A DNA stretch of 62,718 nucleotides. Origin: Gemmatimonadaceae bacterium (GTDB taxonomy: Bacteria > Gemmatimonadota > Gemmatimonadetes > Gemmatimonadales > Gemmatimonadaceae). The translations under genes were made by a program, and so were the position numbers. This document shows positions 44,308 through 53,348 of this stretch, piece by piece (position 1 is the first letter of the stretch; each line of letters opens with the position of its first letter). The notes under the pieces are model-generated. The model was not told the origin of the DNA. It did not search any database and saw only the letters and a program-made list of their open reading frames with translations. The stretch lies in NCBI GenBank assembly GCA_025934075.1, contig JAICYT010000001.1:1-62718 (forward strand), written 5' to 3'.

Positions 44308-46251
44308 CTAGACGGTCGCTTCGGCCCGCGGCTCGCGTTGGCTGTCGCGGCTAGCCGCCGTTGGAGCCGGACCGTCGGCGCGCGGAAGCACGAGCGTGAA
44401 CATCGACCCTCGTCCTACCTCGCTCTGCACCATGAGCTCGCCATGCATTGCGGTGGCAAGCTCGCGACTGATCGCGAGACCAAGCCCAACGCCGTCGTCT
44501 GGCCGGTTGAGCGCACGCTCTCCTTGGACGAATGGCTCGAAGATATAGGTGAGCCGGTCGGCCGGAATGCCGCGACCCGTATCGCGAACATGAATGCGCA
44601 CACGCGAAGAATCGAAATCACAGGCGAGCAAGACCGCTCCGCCGTCTGGCGTATACTTGATCGCGTTCCCCAACAGGTTGAGCAGAACCTGTGAGAGCCG
44701 ATCGGTGTCCGCGCGCACGTAAAGCCCGGTTGGGCATGGCCGATAGGTAAATTTCAGCGCGCGCGACTGCAACTGCGGGGCGATGAGCGTTTCCAAATTC
44801 GCCAGCGCGTCATGTACGGCAACGTCGCGGATGTCGTACTGAATGCGGCCGGCATCGATGCGGGCGAAGCTCAAGAGATCGGTGATCAGGGTGAGCAGAT
44901 GCGCCTGGTTCCGGTCGATCCGCTCGAGCGCATTCCGCTGGCCGTCATTCAGTGGGCCGTGGATGCCCATCGACAGGAGCTGCGCGTAACCGCCGATGGC
45001 GTTGAGTGGCGTGCGGAGCTCGTGGCTCATCATTGCCAAGAAATCACTCTTCGATCGGTTGGCCTCCTCGGCTTCTTGGCGCGCGGTATCGGCTTCGGTG
45101 GCCCGCTTCTCGAGCTCGGCGCGCGCCGCCATCATCTCTTTCGACATCGCGTCGAATGAGGCGGCGAGTCGTCCGATCTCGTCGGACCCGCTCGCGACGA
45201 CCGGACTATACGTTCCGCGCGACACCGACTCTGCAGCGCCGGCGAGCTGGACCAACGGTCGCGTGATTCGGCGTCCGACGACCCACGACAGGGCGGCGCC
45301 GACGACAACCACCAGCACGCTCAATCCAGCGAGTAAGCGAATGGCGCTGTAGACGCGCGGGCCCATGATGGCCGCTTCCGATGCCTCGATGACCGCGACC
45401 CATGGCGCGCCGACGATCGGGGCCTCCTCGGCGAACATTCGGACGGCGTTAGGCCGAATATGAATCGCGCCACGGTCCGAGCTGTCGCGCTGCACGGGGG
45501 GCGTGGTGGCGGAGTCCGGTGCGGCTACCCAAAGCGAGCCGTTGGCGTTCCGCAGATAGAGGTCGACATCTTCGCGCATGAACTCGCGAACAGTGCGGAG
45601 GTACTCGCGCTGTTCCGCCAGGTAGCGCGGCTGCACGATGTAGCCGACCGGAGTGCGGTTGACGACGACCGGCGCAATCGCCCAAAAGCGCACGCGCGAG
45701 CCGCTTTGCTCGAGTGGGGAAAACCGAACGGAATCAGGCGGCGATTGCGCGGTGGCGGCCGTATCCGAAATGATTCGGGAGAATCGATCGCCGGTCGGCA
45801 ATTCCGGACCGACGACCAGAATTCTGCGGCCCCGTGCGTTCCATAGCTCCACGGGACGGGTGGTGTCGCCGGGCGTCATGAGATGACCAAGCGCCGCGCG
45901 GGCAGCAGCGATGTCGTAATTCGCAGGTGATTGCGGCGCGGCCGCGATGCGTCGGACCGATTCGTCCTGCGCTACTTCGGCGAGCTGGATTCCCCGTTGT
46001 TTGAGTGAGCCGGCGACGTCGCGCGCGATTTCACCGATCGCGTGCCCCAGACGATCGCGCCAAATACCCTCGGACCGTTGCCGCAGCACGAAATACGCGG
46101 AAAACAGCAACGCTGCGAGCGCCGCGGCGATGCCGCAGGTCATGACGAGCGGAAGTTTCCACTCGAGCGACAGCGTGCGACGCGATTCGTCGGACACGGG
46201 TGGGGGAACGGCCATCCTGCATGAAGTTACTGGCCGCTCGATGAGGGACAA
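44308..46251 (-). CDS. Sensor histidine kinase (periplasmic sensor, HAMP, HisKA, HATPase_c)
   Basis: Two TM segments flank a periplasmic domain of about 250 aa. Canonical H-box MSHELRTPLNAI and N/G1/G2 boxes (LLGNAIKYT, DTGRGI, GVGLGLAI). Confidence 0.85.
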   Translation of the reverse strand: MSLIERPVTSCRMAVPPPVSDESRRTLSLEWKLPLVMTCGIAAALAALLFSAYFVLRQRSEGIWRDRLGHAIGEIARDVAGSLKQRGIQLAEVAQDESVRRIAAAPQSPANYDIAAARAALGHLMTPGDTTRPVELWNARGRRILVVGPELPTGDRFSRIISDTAATAQSPPDSVRFSPLEQSGSRVRFWAIAPVVVNRTPVGYIVQPRYLAEQREYLRTVREFMREDVDLYLRNANGSLWVAAPDSATTPPVQRDSSDRGAIHIRPNAVRMFAEEAPIVGAPWVAVIEASEAAIMGPRVYSAIRLLAGLSVLVVVVGAALSWVVGRRITRPLVQLAGAAESVSRGTYSPVVASGSDEIGRLAASFDAMSKEMMAARAELEKRATEADTARQEAEEANRSKSDFLAMMSHELRTPLNAIGGYAQLLSMGIHGPLNDGQRNALERIDRNQAHLLTLITDLLSFARIDAGRIQYDIRDVAVHDALANLETLIAPQLQSRALKFTYRPCPTGLYVRADTDRLSQVLLNLLGNAIKYTPDGGAVLLACDFDSSRVRIHVRDTGRGIPADRLTYIFEPFVQGERALNRPDDGVGLGLAISRELATAMHGELMVQSEVGRGSMFTLVLPRADGPAPTAASRDSQREPRAEATV

Positions 46252-46328
46252 GCGGCGGCGTCATGATAGCGCGAAGCCGTGCGACCGTTTGTGCGCTGCG
46301 TTACAAAGCCGGCGTCTATGCGACGGCC

Positions 46329-48149
46329 TCACTGCTGAGGATCACCGTCCTTCCCCCGTTGCTCGACGGGGCGGGGCGCATTTTGTCGCCGAACGTGACC
46401 CAGGTTGAAGGCGGTGCTGAGTAAGGCGATATGAGAGAACGCTTGTGGGAAGTTCCCGACCTGCCGCTCGAGCGCCGGGTCATACTCCTCGGAGAGGAGG
46501 CCGACGTCGTTTCGGAGGTCGAGCAGCCGCCGAAATACGCGCAGCGCGTCGTCCTGTCTGCCGAGCAAGAGATAATTGTCCGCGAGCCAGAAGCTGCAGG
46601 CGAGAAATGCCCCTTCGCCTTCCGGTAGTCCGTCGTCGGTGGCGGCGCTGTCATATCGAAGCACGAATCCATCGACGACGAGCCGCTTCTCGACCGCCTC
46701 GACCGTGCCGCGAATACGCGGGTCGGTTGCCGGGAGAAACCCGACGAGCGGCAGGAGCAGCGTGCTTGCGTCGATCAATTTCGAGCCGTACGCCTGGACG
46801 AACGAATTCAGCTCCGGATCGAACGCTTTCTCGCAGACGTCGGTGTGTATTTGGTCGCGAAGCGCGCGCCACTGGTCGAGCGGCCCATCGAGATGAAATT
46901 GCTCGACGCTTTTCACGGCGCGATCGATCGCTACCCACGCCATGACCTTGGAGTGGGTAAAGTGTTGTGGCGCGCCGCGGGTTTCCCAAATCCCTTGGTC
47001 CGGTTGCTGCCAAACTCCTTCGAGCTGTTTAATGAGCGCCCTCTCGAGTGCCCAGGCATCGGCACTTTCGGGGATCTTTCCCAAGCGCGCCTGATGCAGG
47101 GCATCCATCACTTCGCCATAGACGTCGAGCTGGAGCTGCTCATGGGCCGCGTTGCCGACGCGGACGGGCTTTGAGCCTTCGTAGCCCGGCAACCAGGAGA
47201 TCTCCCACTCGCGAAGCAACCGCTCGCCGCCGAGGCCGTACATGATCTGCACTTGGTCGGGGCTGCCGGCCGCCGCGCGCAGCAACCAGTCGCGCCAGGC
47301 GGCGGCTTCTCGGAAGTAGCCGCCATCCATCAACGCGAGGAGCGTCAAGGTCGCATCGCGCAACCAACAAAACCGGTAATCCCAATTGCGGACGCCGCCC
47401 ACCTGTTCCGGAAGGGATGTCGTCGGCGCCGCGACGATTCCGCCTGTCGGTCGGAAGGTGAGAGCCTTGAGCGTGAGCAGCGATCGAATCACGGGCTCGC
47501 GCCACTGACCGCGATACGTGCACTGCGCCGCCCAATGCGTCCAAAACTGCTCCGTGACTTCGAGCGCCTTGACAGGATTGACCGCCGCCGGCGGCTTGAG
47601 ATGCGACGGTCCCCACGTCATGACGAACGACACATGCTCACCCTCGGCGACAGTGAAGTCGCTCACGGTCGTGAAACCTTCACCGTGCAACGGCACGTCG
47701 CCGCGAATGACGATCATGTCCGGCCCCGCGATCGCGCGCAGGGTGCCGTCCTCCAGGCGGCTGACCCACGGAATGACAGAGCCATAATCGAACCGAAGAA
47801 CAATCTGCGTTTGCATCGGGACGCGCCCGCGCTTGCCGACGATCGTGCGAACGATATTCGACTTGCCGTCGCGTTGCGGCATGAAGTCGATGACGACGAC
47901 GCTACCCTCCGCCGTCTCGAACTCCGTCTCGAGAATCAACGTGTCGTCGCGATAGCGGCGCGTGACGCGTGTGGTCGGATCTGCTGGCGCGACGCGCCAT
48001 CGCCCATGATCGGGTCCACCCAACAGTGCGGCAAAACACGCGGGAGAATCGAACCGCGGCCAGCAGAGCCAATCGATGGAGCCATCGCGCGAGACGAGTG
48101 CGGCGGTCTCGCAATCACCGATGATTGCGTAATCCTCGATGCGCGCCAT
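46329..48149 (-). CDS. Glycoside hydrolase family 15 (glucoamylase/trehalase-like)
   Basis: The N-terminus IEDYAIIGDCETAALVSRDGSIDWLCWPRFDS and an (alpha/alpha)6 catalytic region (NWDYRFCWLRDA) fit GH15. Confidence 0.9.
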   Translation of the reverse strand: MARIEDYAIIGDCETAALVSRDGSIDWLCWPRFDSPACFAALLGGPDHGRWRVAPADPTTRVTRRYRDDTLILETEFETAEGSVVVIDFMPQRDGKSNIVRTIVGKRGRVPMQTQIVLRFDYGSVIPWVSRLEDGTLRAIAGPDMIVIRGDVPLHGEGFTTVSDFTVAEGEHVSFVMTWGPSHLKPPAAVNPVKALEVTEQFWTHWAAQCTYRGQWREPVIRSLLTLKALTFRPTGGIVAAPTTSLPEQVGGVRNWDYRFCWLRDATLTLLALMDGGYFREAAAWRDWLLRAAAGSPDQVQIMYGLGGERLLREWEISWLPGYEGSKPVRVGNAAHEQLQLDVYGEVMDALHQARLGKIPESADAWALERALIKQLEGVWQQPDQGIWETRGAPQHFTHSKVMAWVAIDRAVKSVEQFHLDGPLDQWRALRDQIHTDVCEKAFDPELNSFVQAYGSKLIDASTLLLPLVGFLPATDPRIRGTVEAVEKRLVVDGFVLRYDSAATDDGLPEGEGAFLACSFWLADNYLLLGRQDDALRVFRRLLDLRNDVGLLSEEYDPALERQVGNFPQAFSHIALLSTAFNLGHVRRQNAPRPVEQRGKDGDPQQ

Positions 48150-48157
48150 TCAGTCGA

Positions 48158-50203
48158 TCAACTCGCGCACGTTGCTGGTGCGCGGCGTCCAGCGGCTGGC
48201 GATGGGGCGCTGGTCGCCTTTCGCGGCCAGACGTTGTCGCTCGGGTCGTGGTCGGGAAAGCGACACTGCGGATCGAGCGTCATCTGGACGATCTTTCGTC
48301 CGCCGAAATCGAGATCGGTCGTGAATGTTCGGCTACCGGCGAACCAGACGTCGACGGGAAAGGTCACCGTCGCGGTGTCGCCCACCACGGTGCTATTTGG
48401 GTGCCGCTTGATAGGCGTCCCACCCGGCGCGAACACGACTTTCAGAACCACCGGTGCGGGCATCTGGCCATCCTGACGCACGGTGACCCGCGCATGTGTG
48501 CCATTGATCGAAACGCGCTCGAGCGATTCGTCGACCGATTCCGTCGTGAAAAGCCAATAGTACCAGAACCAACCGAGGTTCTGATGCAGCGCGTTGCTCA
48601 TGAAAAATGCGTAGTCCCAGGGGGACGGATGCTTGAATCGCCACGCCCTCGCGTATTCGCGGTGCGCCCGTTGCACGGCCGTATCGCCGACGATGCCGCC
48701 GAGCATCGACAGCATGAGCGGCGTCTTGTCGTATGCTTGGAAGCCGTAGAGCGGACCACCGTAATTCGAGTCCCACATCAGCGGCGGCTCGTGCTCGTCG
48801 CCACTCACGCGGCCGTATGATTGACCCAGTCCATCGAGGTTCGGCGCGCGATGCGCGGCGTCGGCGCCTGACAGAATGTTCATGTATTGATTGAAGCCCT
48901 CATCCATCCATCCGTACCACGTTTCGTTGCCGCTCACCATCATCGGCCACCACTGGTGACCGGTCTCGTGATCGGCGGGGCCGTCGTTCGACATCACGAG
49001 CATTGGATATTCCATGCCGTTGTCGGGACCGTCGACCATGGTGTGCTGGGGAAATGCATCGGGCATCCAGAGCGACGAGTAGAACTCGAGCGCGTGCCGG
49101 AGAATGGGACCAGCGTGCGCGAACTGTGGTGCACGCCCGGGCAGGTGGTAAATGTTGACTGGAATCGGCCGGCGCTCGGGAATGGTCGCGCGCGTTGCTT
49201 CCCAAACGAAACTCTTCGCGGTCGCCCACGCGAAATCATTGACGGTGTCGGCGACGAAATGCCACGCGAGACGATCGCCGCCGGCGGTGGCGCGGCCGGG
49301 ACCCGTTTCGTCGGCGCCGACGATGGCGTGGGTCGAATCCGATTCGAGGACGTGAGACAACCGCTCACGTGCGGTCGGGGTCAGCACATCTTGAGGATTT
49401 CGTAATACTCCGGTCGCGCCGACGATCCATCCCGCTGGAACGTCGAGCGTGACGTCGAAGTGCCCGAAGTTGTTGTAGAACTCCGACGGTCCGAGGTAGG
49501 GATCAGTGTCCCAGCCGCGTAAATCGTCGTAGACGGCGACTCTCGGATACCATTGCGCGACTTGATACAGCGTGTCACCCCAACGATATGTCATGCGATG
49601 TCCGGACCCATTGCCGCCGGCGAGCTTGTAATGCCACTCGACGTCGATCGTCGCCGTGGCCTTCGGCGCGATCGGTGTCGGCAATCCGATCCGTGCCGAC
49701 GTCGTGTGCAATCCAGTAATACTCGGACCCGAGGCGCCGGTATCGTGACCATTCGGCGGCGCGGTCATGTCGACCTCCGCGCCATTCACGGCGAGGCGTG
49801 TAATGACAAATCCCTCATGAATCTCTGCCGGCACCGACGACCCGCGCGGAACATCGGGGCGAAAAATGTTCTGATCGAGCCGCATTCGGATCGACGACAG
49901 TGCCGAATCACTCGTGTTGCGCAGTTTGATCGTCTCACGGCCCGTGAGCGTGGACGTCGTGGGATCGAGCCGTGCCGCGATGGTATAATCCATCCACAGC
50001 TGCCAGTAGTTCCGACCCGGACGACCCGTCGAGTCGCGCGTCCCGGCCGCGAACGCTCGGCGGATGGTGTTCGTGAGCGGAATGTCTCGACGGACTGCGC
50101 GCGCTGGGAGCGGCGCTGTCGTTTGTGTCGTTTGCGCCCGCATCGGCGCGAAGGGCATTGCGATCAGGGACATGAACAGCGCGACAAACACTCGGTGAAT
50201 CAT
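48158..50203 (-). CDS. M1-family zinc metallopeptidase (second paralog), secreted
   Basis: HETGHQWW...WMDEGFNQY motif. The start is taken at ATG 50201-50203 (MIHRVFVALFMSLIAMPFAPMRAQ, a signal peptide). Confidence 0.85.
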   Translation of the reverse strand: MIHRVFVALFMSLIAMPFAPMRAQTTQTTAPLPARAVRRDIPLTNTIRRAFAAGTRDSTGRPGRNYWQLWMDYTIAARLDPTTSTLTGRETIKLRNTSDSALSSIRMRLDQNIFRPDVPRGSSVPAEIHEGFVITRLAVNGAEVDMTAPPNGHDTGASGPSITGLHTTSARIGLPTPIAPKATATIDVEWHYKLAGGNGSGHRMTYRWGDTLYQVAQWYPRVAVYDDLRGWDTDPYLGPSEFYNNFGHFDVTLDVPAGWIVGATGVLRNPQDVLTPTARERLSHVLESDSTHAIVGADETGPGRATAGGDRLAWHFVADTVNDFAWATAKSFVWEATRATIPERRPIPVNIYHLPGRAPQFAHAGPILRHALEFYSSLWMPDAFPQHTMVDGPDNGMEYPMLVMSNDGPADHETGHQWWPMMVSGNETWYGWMDEGFNQYMNILSGADAAHRAPNLDGLGQSYGRVSGDEHEPPLMWDSNYGGPLYGFQAYDKTPLMLSMLGGIVGDTAVQRAHREYARAWRFKHPSPWDYAFFMSNALHQNLGWFWYYWLFTTESVDESLERVSINGTHARVTVRQDGQMPAPVVLKVVFAPGGTPIKRHPNSTVVGDTATVTFPVDVWFAGSRTFTTDLDFGGRKIVQMTLDPQCRFPDHDPSDNVWPRKATSAPSPAAGRRAPATCAS

Positions 50204-50276
50204 CCCGGCTCCAGAATGCAGTTTTTTATAGTCGAACTTGATGGCGCGAACGAGACATACTACATCCCATACCGCC

Positions 50277-50870
50277 ATGAAACCAACCTTCTTCAATTCG
50301 GGTGCCGAGTTTCGCGGATGGCTCGAGCGACACCATCGCGATGCGGCAGAAGTGTCGCTCGGCTTCTACAAGAAGGCTTCCGGGAAGCCCGGTATCAGCT
50401 ATCAGGACGCCCTGGACGAGGCGCTGGCGTTCGGTTGGATCGACGGCGTGCGCCGCTCGCTCGACTCGGACCGCTACACGATTCGGTTCACACCGCGAAA
50501 GGCGCGGAGCATCTGGAGCGCGGTAAACATCAAACGAGTCGGCGAGTTGATGGCCGCTGACCGCATGACTGAAGCGGGCCTCGCGGCGTTCGCCAAGCGC
50601 GACGAGAAGCGTTCGGCGATCTATGCCTATGAGCGCGAGGCCGCGGAGCTCGATGCCGACTCAGTGAAGCAGTTCGAGGCCGACAAGAAAGCGTGGACTT
50701 TTTTCCGCACGCAGGCCCCGTGGTATCAGCGCACGTCGACGCACTGGGTGGTCAGTGCGAAGCGACCCGAGACACGTGCGCGGCGATTGGAGATCCTCAT
50801 CGCGTACTCGCACGACGAGGAGCGCCTGCCGCAACTCACGCCGCCCCGCAAACTTCCACCGGCGAAATGA
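50277..50870 (+). CDS. YdeI/OmpD-associated family protein
   Basis: F.....FR.WLE.HH......L.F.KK.SGKP.ISY.DA.DEAL.FGWIDG pattern. Start at ATG 50277. Confidence 0.7.
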   Translation: MKPTFFNSGAEFRGWLERHHRDAAEVSLGFYKKASGKPGISYQDALDEALAFGWIDGVRRSLDSDRYTIRFTPRKARSIWSAVNIKRVGELMAADRMTEAGLAAFAKRDEKRSAIYAYEREAAELDADSVKQFEADKKAWTFFRTQAPWYQRTSTHWVVSAKRPETRARRLEILIAYSHDEERLPQLTPPRKLPPAK

Positions 50871-50899
50871 TCATCGCGGCGGCGACCGGTGGTCTGGCG

Positions 50900-53299
50900 C
50901 TACGGTGTAGCCTGTGCGCCAGCTGCCGGCTTGGGACCGAGCTCGTATTCCTTCGGGGGATCGACGCCAAGTAGGTTCTTCACGAAATAGTCCCAGCGCC
51001 GCCGCGTCATGTAGTTCGACTCGTTGCCATAGCCGTGCGGCTGATTCGGCAACATGAGCAAATCGAAATCCTTGTTCGCCTTGATCAGCGCGTCCACGAC
51101 AAGCAGCGTGTTCGTCGGCGGCACGTTGTTGTCCATGGTGCCGTGCGCGAGCAGCAGCTTGCCCTTGAGGTTTTTCGCGAGATTCTCGTTGGCCTGATCA
51201 TCGTAATTCGAATGCCCGTCGGCCGTTTTTTCCTCGAGGCCTTGATACCGTTCGCCCCAGTCGTCTTCGTATTCGCGATTGTCGTGATTTCCCGATTCGG
51301 AGATGCCGACCTTGAAGAAGTCGGGGTACCGGAACATGGCGTCGGCCGTGGCGAATCCGCCGCCCGAGTGGCCGTAAATCCCTGCACGATCGACGTCGAT
51401 CCACCGATAGCGGCGAGCGAGCTCCTTCATGCCGGCGATTTGGTCGGGTAGCGTGTTGTCGCCCATGTTGCCGTAATAGGCGTCGTGAAACGCTTTCGAT
51501 CGCCACGGTGTCCCCATCCCGTCGATCTCGACGACGACAAACCCCAACTCGGCGAGCGCTTGCGCGTCACCGCGGGCGGGTGAGAATGACCGACCGCCAA
51601 CCGATCCCGTTTGCGGCCCCGGATAAATGTGATTGATGATTGGGTACTTCTTCGCCGAATCGAGGTTGGTGGGGACGTACATGAGACCATAGAGGTCGGT
51701 CTTGCCGTCGCGCGCTTTGACGGTGATCGGAACGGGCGGCTTCCATCCGGTTGCGAGTAAGCGCGAGACGTCGGCTTTCTCCAACGCGACGACCAGTCTC
51801 CCATTCGCGTCGCGCACGACGGCCGTCGGTGGAACGTCGGGACGGGAATATGAGTCGACGAAAAAACGCCCCGACGGCGACAGCGACACGTCATGATCCG
51901 CGTCTTCGGGTGTGAGGAGCGCGACGCCCTTTCCGTCGATCCCAATCTTATAAAGATGTCGGAAGTACGGATCGCGCCCCGGCTCCTTGCCAACGCCCGA
52001 GAAGTACAGCATACGCGCCTTCTCATCGATCCGCAGCAGTTGCGTGACGTTGCCTTGGCCGGTCGTGATCTGATGCTCGAGCTTCCCGGTTGTGAGGTCG
52101 TAGAGGTAGAGCTGTCCCCAATTGTCGCGCTCCGAGAACCAGATCACTTCGTTCGAGGCCGGCAGTACGTGCCAGTTGACGCGGCCATTGCCCGACTCGA
52201 ACTGCGTCTTCACGGTTTCCTCGAGCACATCGCGAATGACGCCGGTGTTCGCGTCCGCGACGCGAAGCACCTCGTGCTTGTGATCGCGCGACGTCGAGAC
52301 GAAGGCGAGGTGCGAGCCGTCCGGATACCATTCGACGTCGGCCCAGTCTCCGCCACGACACGCGATGTGATCGCATAGCGTCGAGCGATGCTGATCGGGC
52401 GGCATCTGCAGGCGGATCATGCGTGGAGCGTCGGTGCTGACGTCGATGATGACCCGCTGGATCGTCGGGATGATGCTGTCGCCTGGAAGCGGATACTTCC
52501 ACGCTCGCATTTCCGGATGGCCGACCCGCGTGTTGACGAGATACATCTCGCCGACGTTCCGCTGATCCTGCTGGAACGTGGCGATCTTCTTCGAGTCGGG
52601 CGACCATACTAGAATTGCGCGATCGCTATTCGTCCAGCCGGCGTTATCGGTGGCATAGCCGAAATCCTTGATGCCATCGTGGGTGAGTTGGATTTCGCGT
52701 TTCGTGGCAACGTCGCGCATCCACAAATTCCAATCGCGGATGAACGCAGCGCGCTTGCCGTCGGGCGAGAGCGTCTCGGGCGCGCGCGTCGAATCACCAC
52801 GACCGCCGCGTCCGCCGCCGCGCCCACCGCGTCCTCCACGTCCGCCGGCGTTGGCGCGCTCGCGGTCGTCGACCGCGGCGCCGCAGCGCGACGTCTCGAC
52901 GTCGCAGCTCACGGCGCGCCCGCCGACCGTCACGTTGATCATGCGACCGTCGGCAGCGAAGTCGAACTGCGTGCTCGCTCGCCGCATCGCGTCGGGCGTC
53001 GCTTGCGTCGCTGCCGCAATCGCACTGGCGAGCGCCGGTTCGGCCAGCAAATCGGTTCGCGTCTTGCGAGTCGGATCGACCACCACGAACTCGACGCCCT
53101 TCGGTGTGACATTCCTATACCAGAAACGCTCATTCGTCAGCCAACTCGGCCGAACGGCGTTGTCAAACACCAACGGCGTGGTGTTATAGCCCATGTACCG
53201 CTCTGCGCGCGCGTAGTCGGCGCTGGTCATGGCGCGTTGTTGCGCGCGAGCCGGCGCCGCGCCGGCAATGATTGCGGCGAAGACAAGACGAGAACGCAT
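50900..53299 (-). CDS. S9B-family dipeptidyl-peptidase IV-like serine peptidase, secreted
   Basis: Signal peptide, DPP-IV N-terminal propeller, and a C-terminal alpha/beta domain with GIYGHSGGGF containing the catalytic Ser. An RGG-repeat insertion lies at aa 151-168. Confidence 0.9.
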   Translation of the reverse strand: MRSRLVFAAIIAGAAPARAQQRAMTSADYARAERYMGYNTTPLVFDNAVRPSWLTNERFWYRNVTPKGVEFVVVDPTRKTRTDLLAEPALASAIAAATQATPDAMRRASTQFDFAADGRMINVTVGGRAVSCDVETSRCGAAVDDRERANAGGRGGRGGRGGGRGGRGDSTRAPETLSPDGKRAAFIRDWNLWMRDVATKREIQLTHDGIKDFGYATDNAGWTNSDRAILVWSPDSKKIATFQQDQRNVGEMYLVNTRVGHPEMRAWKYPLPGDSIIPTIQRVIIDVSTDAPRMIRLQMPPDQHRSTLCDHIACRGGDWADVEWYPDGSHLAFVSTSRDHKHEVLRVADANTGVIRDVLEETVKTQFESGNGRVNWHVLPASNEVIWFSERDNWGQLYLYDLTTGKLEHQITTGQGNVTQLLRIDEKARMLYFSGVGKEPGRDPYFRHLYKIGIDGKGVALLTPEDADHDVSLSPSGRFFVDSYSRPDVPPTAVVRDANGRLVVALEKADVSRLLATGWKPPVPITVKARDGKTDLYGLMYVPTNLDSAKKYPIINHIYPGPQTGSVGGRSFSPARGDAQALAELGFVVVEIDGMGTPWRSKAFHDAYYGNMGDNTLPDQIAGMKELARRYRWIDVDRAGIYGHSGGGFATADAMFRYPDFFKVGISESGNHDNREYEDDWGERYQGLEEKTADGHSNYDDQANENLAKNLKGKLLLAHGTMDNNVPPTNTLLVVDALIKANKDFDLLMLPNQPHGYGNESNYMTRRRWDYFVKNLLGVDPPKEYELGPKPAAGAQATP

Positions 53300-53348
53300 A
53301 TGCCCCCCTCGAATGCTTGCGAAAGTCAGCGCTGAAGTTAGGTCGATC

